Source: Candidatus Melainabacteria bacterium
GTDB lineage: Bacteria; Cyanobacteriota; Vampirovibrionia; 2-02-FULL-35-15
Length of the DNA: 64,000 bases
Assembly: GCA_016193285.1 (NCBI GenBank)
Contig: JACPSL010000018.1
Location: 3,589-67,588, forward strand
Direction of reading: 5' to 3'
Positions 10,195 to 19,147 of the stretch are shown one piece after another (position 1 is the stretch's first letter; every line of letters starts with the position of its first letter). Both the position numbers and the translations under genes were made by a program. A model generated the notes under the pieces. It was not told the origin of the DNA. It saw nothing but the letters and a program-made list of their open reading frames with translations, and made no database searches.

Positions 10195-11142
10195 TTATTT
10201 TCTTTTCTTTTGCAGCTTTGCTAATTCTTGATAAAGTTTTCTTTCTTCATCTGCAATTATTATTGGAACATTTATTTTTACTTTTACAAAATGCTCTCCT
10301 CTGCCTTCTCTTTTCTGGTGAGGTAATCCTTTCCCTCGTAATCTTAAAACTTTATCATTTTGTGTCCCTTGTGGAATAACTATTTTTACTGGGCCATCTA
10401 GTGTTGGAATTTCTATTTCTGTTCCAAGTACTGCATCACTTGGTGAAATAAAAATTTCTGAATGAATATCATCTCCATTTATTTTAAAAAACGGATGAGG
10501 TTTTACTTTTACTACTAAATATAAATCCCCTGCCTCTCCTCCATTTTTTCCTAACAGTCCTTGTCCAGCCATTCTAATTTTTGAACCTTCTCTAACATTT
10601 GGTGGTATTTTAACTTCAAGTCTTTTCATGTCTCTGCCAGGAATACTAATATCTATTTTTCTTGAAGTTCCTTTAAATGCTTCTTCAACAGATAGTTCAA
10701 GATTTAAATAATGATCTTCTCCTCTACGTCTTCCTTGAGTTCGTGAATGTCTTTCTGAATAAATGTCTTCAAAAGGTGAAGTTCTGCCTTTTAATGCTTC
10801 GCCAAACAACATTTCAAAAAAGTCGCTAAAAGGAGATTCATATGTTGTTTTAGTAAATTCTTGGTTAAAATCAAAATTAAAGTCAAATCCAGGTGGAGGA
10901 GTAAAATCACTTCCAGCTCTAAAGCTACTTCCTAAAGTATCATATCTTCTTCTTTTATCAGAATCTCCAAGTACTTCATAAGCCTCATTAATTTCTTTAA
11001 ACTTTTCTTCTGCTACTTTATTATTTTTGTTTGCATCTGGATGATATTTACGTGCTAGTCGTCGAAAAGCTGCTTTAATTTCTTTTTCCGTTGCACTTCT
11101 TGTGACTCCTAAAATTTCGTAATAGTCTTTGTATTTGACCAT
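10195..11142 (-). CDS. J-domain co-chaperone without zinc finger (CbpA/DnaJ class II)
   Basis: YYEILGV, HPD motif, KFKEINEAYEVL, G/F region, DnaJ C-terminal repeats; no CxxCxGxG. Confidence 0.9.
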   Translation of the reverse strand: MVKYKDYYEILGVTRSATEKEIKAAFRRLARKYHPDANKNNKVAEEKFKEINEAYEVLGDSDKRRRYDTLGSSFRAGSDFTPPPGFDFNFDFNQEFTKTTYESPFSDFFEMLFGEALKGRTSPFEDIYSERHSRTQGRRRGEDHYLNLELSVEEAFKGTSRKIDISIPGRDMKRLEVKIPPNVREGSKIRMAGQGLLGKNGGEAGDLYLVVKVKPHPFFKINGDDIHSEIFISPSDAVLGTEIEIPTLDGPVKIVIPQGTQNDKVLRLRGKGLPHQKREGRGEHFVKVKINVPIIIADEERKLYQELAKLQKKRK

Positions 11143-11178
11143 GATTTAAATTATTCTACATCTTATACAATAAATATT

Positions 11179-12117
11179 GTGCAAGACAATAATTCTGTAT
11201 ATTACAGTCTAAGCTCATATCTACAAAAGCGTTTTGGTATAAAAGTCCAGCGCATAACTTTAGAAGCTAATTTAAGCTGTCCTAATAGAGATGGTACAAA
11301 AGCTTATGGTGGTTGTACTTTTTGTACACGAGATGGGACAAGTGCAGGTGCATTTAGTATAAATGATCCGATATCAAAGCAATTAGAAGACGGCGTAAAA
11401 CTTTTTTCAGAACGTTTTGGCGCAAAAAAATTTATTTCATATCTTCAGTCATTTACAAATACTTATGCATCAACAGATAAATTAAAAAAAATTTATGATG
11501 AAGCAATCTCACATAAGGATGTTGTAGTTCTTGCAATAGGGACTAGGCCTGATTGTTTATCTGATGAAGTACTGGACTTAATTGAGACATATACATCAAG
11601 AGTTGAAGTCTGGTTAGATATTGGTTTACAAACCATATATGATGAAACACTTGATTTTATAAATAGAGCACATACAAGTGATGATTTTTTTTGTGCTTTA
11701 GAAAGAGCTAAAAAAAGAAAATTAATTGTTTGTGCTCATGCAATGCTTGGACTGCCTGGTGAAACTAAAGAAATGTTTTATAAAACCATGAAAAAACTTG
11801 CAGCATCACAAATTGATGCAATAAAAATTCATCAACTGTTAGTGCTTGAAAAAACAAAAATGGCAATGCAGTACAAGAAAGGTTTGTTTAAAACATTAGA
11901 ACTTGATGAATACATTTCTTTAGTGTGTGATTTTCTTGAAATGCTTTCACCAAATGTAGTTATTCACAGGCTTTTTGCAGAAGCAAGACCAGGTGAATTA
12001 GTTGCACCAAAATGGGCAGAGCAAGATGATGGCAGAAGAAATAAACAACAAATTTTAAGAATGATTGAAAGAGAATTGATAAAAAGAGGTACAAAACAAG
12101 GTTCAAGTTTTAATTAA
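11179..12117 (+). CDS. Radical SAM protein, TIGR01212 (YhcC/YtqA) family
   Basis: CPNRDGTKAYGGCTFC extended Cys motif, IGTRPDCL, GLQT. Confidence 0.88.
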   Translation: MQDNNSVYYSLSSYLQKRFGIKVQRITLEANLSCPNRDGTKAYGGCTFCTRDGTSAGAFSINDPISKQLEDGVKLFSERFGAKKFISYLQSFTNTYASTDKLKKIYDEAISHKDVVVLAIGTRPDCLSDEVLDLIETYTSRVEVWLDIGLQTIYDETLDFINRAHTSDDFFCALERAKKRKLIVCAHAMLGLPGETKEMFYKTMKKLAASQIDAIKIHQLLVLEKTKMAMQYKKGLFKTLELDEYISLVCDFLEMLSPNVVIHRLFAEARPGELVAPKWAEQDDGRRNKQQILRMIERELIKRGTKQGSSFN

Positions 12118-12217
12118 GATAAATATTTATCTTTTCTTTATATTTTTACCTTTGGCTCTTAACTTTATTAGGTTAGATTCAAAGTATAGTTATTTTAGCA
12201 ACCTATTTGTTTTATTT

Positions 12218-13171
12218 ATGCCTTTAACAATTCAAAGAAATATTAATCAACGAAGCCAACAAAGCCAACGAAGCCAAGCCACAAGACAGTTAAAATCAGC
12301 TGCTAAAAAATCAAGCTCAGACGAAAAAATATTAAATGGTGTCAAAATTGCTAGTGGTGTTGCAGCTGCATTAGCTGGAGGCGGGGCTTTTTGGTTCTTA
12401 AAAGATTTTGGAGCAGATTCTGATTCTATATTTGGTTATATTAAAAAATCTTTAAAGTGGATTTTACTTAGTAGCGGGCTTGTTGGAGGAGGTATTATTG
12501 CATTTGGCTTTAAGAAAGATGGTGCGCTTCTTGTTGAAAATAAACAATTAAGACAAACAAGTTCACAACCTTCACTACCTCTAAACGAAGAGGAAAAAGA
12601 AGAATATGCACACAACTTGATTCAAGAATTATATGGAGAAAATAGAGTTAGTGAAGGAGCACAAAGAAATAAGATTTTTCAAGATTTATATGATTTGTTA
12701 ACGAAGACAAGAGATAAAAATATCTCTTTAAATATTTCCAAAATAATTCTTTCGTCATTAGACAGAGTAAGCATTCAAACTGATCAAGACGTTAATGAAT
12801 TTAGAAAATTGTTAGGGTTAATGAAAGATATTAAAAAACATGTCTTTGATTCAGGACTTTCTTTTAAATTAAATAATTCTATTCATATTATAGAAGAGAA
12901 AATAAAAAAGAGACTTGAAAGTGATTATGAGGGTATTGAGACTTCAATAATTTTAATTCAGGATGATTCTAAAGAACCAGAAGCACGTGCAGAAGAAATC
13001 TTACTTCTTAAAACAAAATATCAACAAACAGAAAATCCTTTAATTCATAGTGAATTAATTTCTTGCTTAGGTAAACTACGTGGTACGCCTTGTGGCGTTA
13101 CATTAGCTGATACTTTGATGGATATAGATCCCGGAGCAGTTTATAAAGAATTTATGAGGGACAGGCTTTAA
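12218..13171 (+). CDS. Hypothetical protein with Gln/Ser-rich N-terminus and two closely spaced hydrophobic segments
   Basis: ORF 12152..13171; ATG at 12218 is the likelier start; no recognised family. Confidence 0.65.
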   Translation: MPLTIQRNINQRSQQSQRSQATRQLKSAAKKSSSDEKILNGVKIASGVAAALAGGGAFWFLKDFGADSDSIFGYIKKSLKWILLSSGLVGGGIIAFGFKKDGALLVENKQLRQTSSQPSLPLNEEEKEEYAHNLIQELYGENRVSEGAQRNKIFQDLYDLLTKTRDKNISLNISKIILSSLDRVSIQTDQDVNEFRKLLGLMKDIKKHVFDSGLSFKLNNSIHIIEEKIKKRLESDYEGIETSIILIQDDSKEPEARAEEILLLKTKYQQTENPLIHSELISCLGKLRGTPCGVTLADTLMDIDPGAVYKEFMRDRL

Positions 13172-13246
13172 TATTTTTAAAATATTTGTTACCAATGTAA
13201 CCTTTGGTTACATCAAATTTCATTTCAATTATGCATAATAATTGAA

Positions 13247-13831
13247 ATGGGCAATGATTTATTTCAGAACAAATATAGAATAAAATCTATTCGATTGGAG
13301 CATTGGGATTATTCATCTGATGGGGCATATTTTGTAACCATTTGTGTGAAAGATAGAGAATGTGTTTTGGGTGAAATTGTTAATGGAAAAATAAAATTAT
13401 CAAAAATCGGGGATATTGTGAAACAATGTTGGTGTGAAATTCCAAAACATTTTAAAAATGTTGATTCGGACGAATTTATTGTAATGCCAAACCATGTGCA
13501 TGGAATCATACAAATAACCAATGATGGTTGTGATGATGGTTGTAGAGACGCGATTAATCGCGTCTCTACGGGTACGGGTGGAATTACCCACAAATACAAC
13601 CCAATGTTGTCAAAATCATTATCAACAATAATCCGATGGTATAAAGGACGTTGCAAATATGAAATAAATAAAAATCAAAACAAAATATATTTCCAATGGC
13701 AACCACGATTTTATGAATCAATCATTCGTAATGAAAACCATTTGAATGCAGTACGTGAATATATTGTTAATAATCCTTCAAGATGGGAATTCGATAGAAA
13801 CAATAATCCTTTATACCACAGCCATTTGTAA
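13247..13831 (+). mobile_element. REP-associated tyrosine transposase (RAYT, Y1 HUH transposase)
   Basis: RL..WDYS..GAYFVTIC N-terminus, MPNHVHGII HUH motif, WQPRFYESIIR, YIVNNP catalytic Tyr. Confidence 0.88.
13542..13569. repeat. Perfect 28-bp GTAG-tagged palindrome inside the RAYT gene
   Basis: GTAGAGACGCGATTAATCGCGTCTCTAC is its own reverse complement. Confidence 0.9.
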
Positions 13832-15130
13832 TTGATTTATTAATTTTTCAAAATCTGGAAATGATGTGCTTATCCACTCAGAGCCAGGAATTGTAATTGG
13901 TTCATTTGCTTTTAAGGCTGCTATTGCAATTGACATGGCTACTCTGTGATCTGAATGTTTTGGCCATTCAATATTTTGGTTTACTTGAAAAGGCTCTCCA
14001 TTTAAACCATTAATTTCTAAACCATCCTCAAGCTCGTTTACTTCTACGCCAAGTTTTCTTAAAACTTGTACCATAACACTTATTCTGTCTGATTCTTTGT
14101 AACGTAGTTCTTTTGCATCTTTAATAATTGACTTTCCGCTTGCTTGAGCCATTGCAATGCACAAAATTGGGATTTCGTCTATTAGAGTTATAATTGTACT
14201 CCCTTTGACTTCAACTGCATTAAGATTGTTAGATGTTACAAATAAATCAGCAACTGGTTCACCTGAAGAATCTTTTTTGTTTGTAATTTCAATTTTTGTT
14301 CCCATCTTCTTGAGTACATTTAATATGCCTGTCCTTGTAGGATTTACTAATACTCTTTGTAAAAGCATTTCAGAGCTTTGGATTATGCTACATGCTGTTA
14401 TAAAAAATGCAGCTGAAGATATATCACCTGGAATAGAAAGGTCTTGAGCTTTTAAGTCTTGTTCAGACCCAACTACAATTTCATTTTTTTCATGCTTGAT
14501 TGTTGCACCAAAAACATTTAACATCCTTTCAGTATGATCCCTTGTTTTTTCTTTTTCAATTATTCTTGTTTCACCTTTAGCGTATAGTGCTGCTAGCATA
14601 ATTGCAGATTTTACTTGTGCACTACTAACTAGCATTTCATAAGTAATTCCATGTAACATTCCTGGCAAAATTACAATAGGAGCTTTAGTATTATGTTCTC
14701 TAGCTGCAATTTTTGCACCCATAAGAGTAAGTGGCTCAATGACTCTGCCCATTGGACGACTTAAAAGTGAATCATCACCTGTAAGAATAGATAAGAAATT
14801 TTGTGTACTTAATAATCCACTAAGTAGTCTGATAGTTGTACCTGAGTTTCCACAGTTTAAAATGTTTTTAGGTTCTGAAAATGAGTTTCTTCCCTTACCA
14901 TAAATAGTTATAGATTCATAATTGTTATAAGTGTTAATTTCAATACCAAGCTGCTGCATTATTTTTAAAGTATTTAAACAGTCTCTGCTTGTTAATAAAT
15001 TTTTAATTTCTGTTCTTCCATTTGCAACTCCTCCAATAATAATTGCTCTGTGGGATATTGATTTGTCAGCTGGAACTGAGATGGTTGACTTAATTGGATT
15101 TTTTAAGGGAGTAACTGTAAATTGTTTCAT
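13811..15130 (-). CDS. aroA: 3-phosphoshikimate 1-carboxyvinyltransferase
   Basis: DKSISHRA, NCGNSGTTIRL, SSAQVKSA, RDHTERML, ELRYKESDRI, DHRVAM. Confidence 0.96.
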   Translation of the reverse strand: MKQFTVTPLKNPIKSTISVPADKSISHRAIIIGGVANGRTEIKNLLTSRDCLNTLKIMQQLGIEINTYNNYESITIYGKGRNSFSEPKNILNCGNSGTTIRLLSGLLSTQNFLSILTGDDSLLSRPMGRVIEPLTLMGAKIAAREHNTKAPIVILPGMLHGITYEMLVSSAQVKSAIMLAALYAKGETRIIEKEKTRDHTERMLNVFGATIKHEKNEIVVGSEQDLKAQDLSIPGDISSAAFFITACSIIQSSEMLLQRVLVNPTRTGILNVLKKMGTKIEITNKKDSSGEPVADLFVTSNNLNAVEVKGSTIITLIDEIPILCIAMAQASGKSIIKDAKELRYKESDRISVMVQVLRKLGVEVNELEDGLEINGLNGEPFQVNQNIEWPKHSDHRVAMSIAIAALKANEPITIPGSEWISTSFPDFEKLINQLQMAVV

Positions 15131-15140
15131 TTTACAATTT

Positions 15141-16124
15141 CTATCTGGATGTTATTGGCTGCTTGGATATTTTGGTGGGTTCTAGCTCCACCAGTGAATC
15201 ATTTCCTTGTAATGTTGCAAAAAGTTTATTAGATTCAGTATCGTAAAAAAGGTAATATGGCTTGATAATATTGTCAGCTAAAACTGTTACTTCTTTGTTT
15301 TGAGTAATTTTTAAAATTGAATTACCAGTATAATTAGCAACATAAATATTATCGCTTTGATCTATTGCAATACCTACAGGACCTTTTATTCCAAGTTTTT
15401 CAATAAATATTTCTCTTGTACCATTAGCATTTATTCTTTCAATACGATCTTTTGTAAAGTTAGCAACGTATAAATTATTCTTGCTGTCTTTTGCTATACC
15501 TGTTGGTCCACCATTAAGATTACTAGTAACTGTCTTAACTGGATCTTTAAAATCTTCTTGTGATGGCTTAGTAAGAGTGTTAACTAAAAGCTGAGCTTGG
15601 CTTTCAGCAGTACTACTATTATTTTGTTGTACTAGTGTTTGATTTATTATTCCTAGCTTGTTCATTACTTCTCCATACTTAGGGAAATCTTTAGGCAGCA
15701 GAGAGAAATATTCCTTTGCTTTTATAAAGTTTTTGTTTTCATAGTAACAACTGGCAAGTTCGTAAGTTGCTTCAGCATCTTTTGAATTTAATTCAACTGC
15801 TTTTTGGAAGAAAAAAATTGCAAGAGGTAGATTTTTTTGTTTTTTATAAATTGCTCCGAGATTATAATAAGCATCAACAAACTCAGGATCTAAATCAATT
15901 GCTTTTTTAAAATAAATTACTGCTGATTGAAGATCTCCTTGTTCGTAACTTTTTAAGCCTAAGTTATATAAACTTGCACTTGCTGGTTTAGGATTAAAGT
16001 TCTTAGCACTTTCTTTTGCCTCTTGTATTCCTTGAGAGTAAGCAGGAGTATGTATAAAGCATAAAATTAAGAGAATAAACAATAAAAAAATATTTAAACT
16101 AATTTTTTTTCTACTCATAATCAC
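15141..16124 (-). CDS. Secreted/anchored TPR-repeat protein with C-terminal NHL/beta-propeller repeats
   Basis: N-terminal hydrophobic signal; AYYNLGAIY-type TPRs; GPTGIAKD..NNLYVAN and GPVGIAID..NIYVAN repeats. Confidence 0.75.
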   Translation of the reverse strand: MIMSRKKISLNIFLLFILLILCFIHTPAYSQGIQEAKESAKNFNPKPASASLYNLGLKSYEQGDLQSAVIYFKKAIDLDPEFVDAYYNLGAIYKKQKNLPLAIFFFQKAVELNSKDAEATYELASCYYENKNFIKAKEYFSLLPKDFPKYGEVMNKLGIINQTLVQQNNSSTAESQAQLLVNTLTKPSQEDFKDPVKTVTSNLNGGPTGIAKDSKNNLYVANFTKDRIERINANGTREIFIEKLGIKGPVGIAIDQSDNIYVANYTGNSILKITQNKEVTVLADNIIKPYYLFYDTESNKLFATLQGNDSLVELEPTKISKQPITSR

Positions 16125-16228
16125 GTAGGTATTCTAACACATTTGTTAATTAATAATTAAAAGTAATCTATGTAGTCTTCATTGCATTACAATAATTGTT
16201 GTGAAGAGATATAAGAAAGGATAGGGAA

Positions 16229-17674
16229 ATGGTGGTGGAAGAAAAGACTATGTCAGGTAAACTTTTATTTAATCCACAAGCTTTTTGTATAAGATTAAAT
16301 TCACCAAGTGGATCATTTTCAGGTATTGCAACAATTATAAATGGCTCTGGAGGTCATTTAGGTGATATTAAAGTAGTTGAAAATAATCAAAATTTTGTTA
16401 CTAGAGATATTCATTTTTTTTCTAATACAATCCAAGCAAGAGAAATTATTTCAAAGTTACATGACTTACCAGGAACACAAATTCTTGATGTTCAAAATGA
16501 AGTTTACAATGCCCATGTCAGTGGAAAAATTGAGATCAAATTAAAAAAAGAAGTAAGAGATTATAGAGACTTATCGGTAGTTTATACACCAGGTGTAGCT
16601 GAAGTTTGTAGAACCATTCATCAGGATCAAAAGCTTGCTTATAACCTAACAATTAAAAAAAATTCAGTTGCAGTTGTTACTGATGGCTCTGCTGTTTTAG
16701 GGCTTGGAAATATTGGACCTTATGCTGGAATGCCTGTTATGGAAGGTAAGGCAATGTTATTTAAAATGCTTGCAGATGTTGATGCTTATCCTATTTGCCT
16801 TGATGTAAAAACTCCTGATGAAATTGTTCAAATAGTTAAAGCAATTGCTCCTGGTTTTGGCGGGATAAATCTTGAAGATATTGCAGCACCAAAATGTTTT
16901 GAAATAGAAAGAAGATTACAAAATGAACTTGACATTCCTGTTTTTCATGATGATCAACATGGAACTGCAGTTGTTGTTACTGCTGCTCTTTTTAATGCTG
17001 TAAAAGTAGTTGGTAAAAAGTTAGAAGATTTAGAGATAGCAATCACTGGAGCTGGTGCTGCAGGAGTTTCTTGTGCAAAGATGTTACTTTTTGCAGGTGT
17101 AAGAAATATTATTGTTACTGATAGAAATGGTGCTATTTATATGGGAAGAAAAGAAATGAATCCTGCTAAAGAAGAACTTGCATCACTTACAAATCAAGAA
17201 AGACAAAAAGGAGCAATTTCAGATGTTATAAAAGGTGCTGATGTATTTATAGGTGTGTCAGGACCCAATTTGGTTAGTGTAGATGATATTAAATCAATGG
17301 CAAAAGATCCAATTGTTTTTGCTTTGTCAAATCCTGATCCTGAAATTAAACCTGAACTTGCAAAACCATATGTAAGGATCATGGCAACTGGTCGCTCTGA
17401 TTATCCAAATCAAATAAACAATGTTTTATGTTTTCCTGGGCTCTTCCGCGGACTACTAGATAGTTATGCTACAACTGTTACAGAAAAAATGAAATATGCA
17501 GCAGCAAAAGCAATTGCTTCAATAGTCCAAGATTATGAATTAAGTGAAAGCTATATAATCCCAAACATATTCAATAAACATGTAGCACCTGCAGTTGCAA
17601 GTGCAGTTGCAGATGCTGCTTTTGAAGATAGGGTTACAAAAGTTATTCCAGAAGTTGATTTAAAGTTAATATAG
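16229..17674 (+). CDS. NAD(P)-dependent malic enzyme with N-terminal ACT-like domain
   Basis: YTPGVA, TDGSAVLGLGNIGP, PVMEGKAMLFK, INLEDI, FHDDQHGTA, TGRSDYPNQINN. Confidence 0.92.
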   Translation: MVVEEKTMSGKLLFNPQAFCIRLNSPSGSFSGIATIINGSGGHLGDIKVVENNQNFVTRDIHFFSNTIQAREIISKLHDLPGTQILDVQNEVYNAHVSGKIEIKLKKEVRDYRDLSVVYTPGVAEVCRTIHQDQKLAYNLTIKKNSVAVVTDGSAVLGLGNIGPYAGMPVMEGKAMLFKMLADVDAYPICLDVKTPDEIVQIVKAIAPGFGGINLEDIAAPKCFEIERRLQNELDIPVFHDDQHGTAVVVTAALFNAVKVVGKKLEDLEIAITGAGAAGVSCAKMLLFAGVRNIIVTDRNGAIYMGRKEMNPAKEELASLTNQERQKGAISDVIKGADVFIGVSGPNLVSVDDIKSMAKDPIVFALSNPDPEIKPELAKPYVRIMATGRSDYPNQINNVLCFPGLFRGLLDSYATTVTEKMKYAAAKAIASIVQDYELSESYIIPNIFNKHVAPAVASAVADAAFEDRVTKVIPEVDLKLI

Positions 17675-17678
17675 TTAT

Positions 17679-19061
17679 TTATCTATCTAACCCACCTCTT
17701 AAGTCAGTCCTTTGTGATCTTACGGGTGATTGATTAGTAGTTTCTTCTTCTTCTCTTTCAAAATTTCCACCATGAACAGTTCTTGCATGTTTTATTAAAT
17801 CTAGAAGTTGTTCCCTTTTTCCTCTTAAATCTGTCCTTGTTTGAAGAATTGGTAACCCATTTGTTGCATCATATATGTAGCCAAGAGTTCCAGCTCTCAA
17901 TATAAATCCATACTCAGCTGCTTTTACAGCAATTTGAATTGCAAACTCTTCGGCGCCGTACTTCATTAAATACTGAGAGCATAAAATATCAAATACTTCC
18001 CAATCTAGCTCTCCAATTGTGTTTGGTTTGATATTCCTTGAATCAAATCTTTCAAAAGCAGTTATACATAGTTTATGAATTACTATTGCAAGGTCCCTAT
18101 CTAAATCTCTATAGTCTCTTACAGCAGCTATTGTAGAATGGACAGATTTAATATCTATCTCAAGATTTGGGTTTCTTAATGCTTTTGAAAGTAGTCTTAC
18201 AGCATTTGGAACTTGATCTGGTATCCTTCTTAAATCATGAATTGTTTTATCAATTCTAGCCTTATCTTTTATCTGTAATTTTCTATCAAGGTACTCAACT
18301 GCAATTTTATATGCCAGCTCTCCTCTTATACTTAAATCAGATGGTATGGGTTTTCCTTCCCGGCTTTTGGGATTTGCAAGTCTTGCAATGGTAATTTCTA
18401 TAAATTGTGGATCTTTTAGCTCACCATGTTTAACAGCAGTTAAAACTAGCTGTCCATAAGCAATATTATTGCCTGGCTTTTTACTATCACTTGCTTGAAC
18501 AGCAGTAGTTGTGATCATCGGTTCTTCAAAATGTAACCCATTTTCTATAGCACTTAACATTAGCCCTGCTGTTTCAAATGGACATTCTTTTTGACCAGCT
18601 ACTATTGTTGACTCTGTAGTAATCGGCTTTGGTCTGGTTTCATAATTTATTTTATTTTTAAAACAATAAGTTGCAAGTAAAACAGCAGCTAGAACTTCTC
18701 CATTTTCTCTAAGACCTCTTACAATTGATTCAATGTCTCGCTTTGTATTTTCATCAGTTAAAAAAGTAAGTTTAGCTCGTATTGCTTCTTCGATTAGCTG
18801 AACTCCTTCTGCATAGTCTCCTTCCTTTCTAGCTTGTGATAAGCGACTTTCATATTCGTGTGGTTGGTAACGCAAATTAGATGTAGAAGCTTGAGCACAA
18901 ACAGTTTTACCAACAGTAGCAGCTTGTACATCTCCACCAGGCTTTTCACCACTTTTAACTGCAGATGGAGTAGTAGGGAGAGGCTTGTTTACCAGAGGCT
19001 TTACTGCTAATTTTGCTTGTTGTTGTAGTCGTGCACGTTCAATCCTGCTTTTTTTACTCAT
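17679..19061 (-). CDS. Hypothetical protein (460 aa), low-complexity N-terminus
   Basis: Long ORF with no recognised motif. Confidence 0.65.
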   Translation of the reverse strand: MSKKSRIERARLQQQAKLAVKPLVNKPLPTTPSAVKSGEKPGGDVQAATVGKTVCAQASTSNLRYQPHEYESRLSQARKEGDYAEGVQLIEEAIRAKLTFLTDENTKRDIESIVRGLRENGEVLAAVLLATYCFKNKINYETRPKPITTESTIVAGQKECPFETAGLMLSAIENGLHFEEPMITTTAVQASDSKKPGNNIAYGQLVLTAVKHGELKDPQFIEITIARLANPKSREGKPIPSDLSIRGELAYKIAVEYLDRKLQIKDKARIDKTIHDLRRIPDQVPNAVRLLSKALRNPNLEIDIKSVHSTIAAVRDYRDLDRDLAIVIHKLCITAFERFDSRNIKPNTIGELDWEVFDILCSQYLMKYGAEEFAIQIAVKAAEYGFILRAGTLGYIYDATNGLPILQTRTDLRGKREQLLDLIKHARTVHGGNFEREEEETTNQSPVRSQRTDLRGGLDR

Positions 19062-19147
19062 ATTAAAATTCCCTTTTTAATATTTTATATGATCTGTCTA
19101 CAATTAATCTCATCATGATATATTTAAGAAGTTTTAGGACAGGTTAG

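Noticed and set aside
13083-13101. Small GTACGCC-TTGT-GGCGTTAC hairpin as another GTAG-type element
   Set aside because: Only a 5-bp perfect stem, and it does not fit the 20-nt core design.
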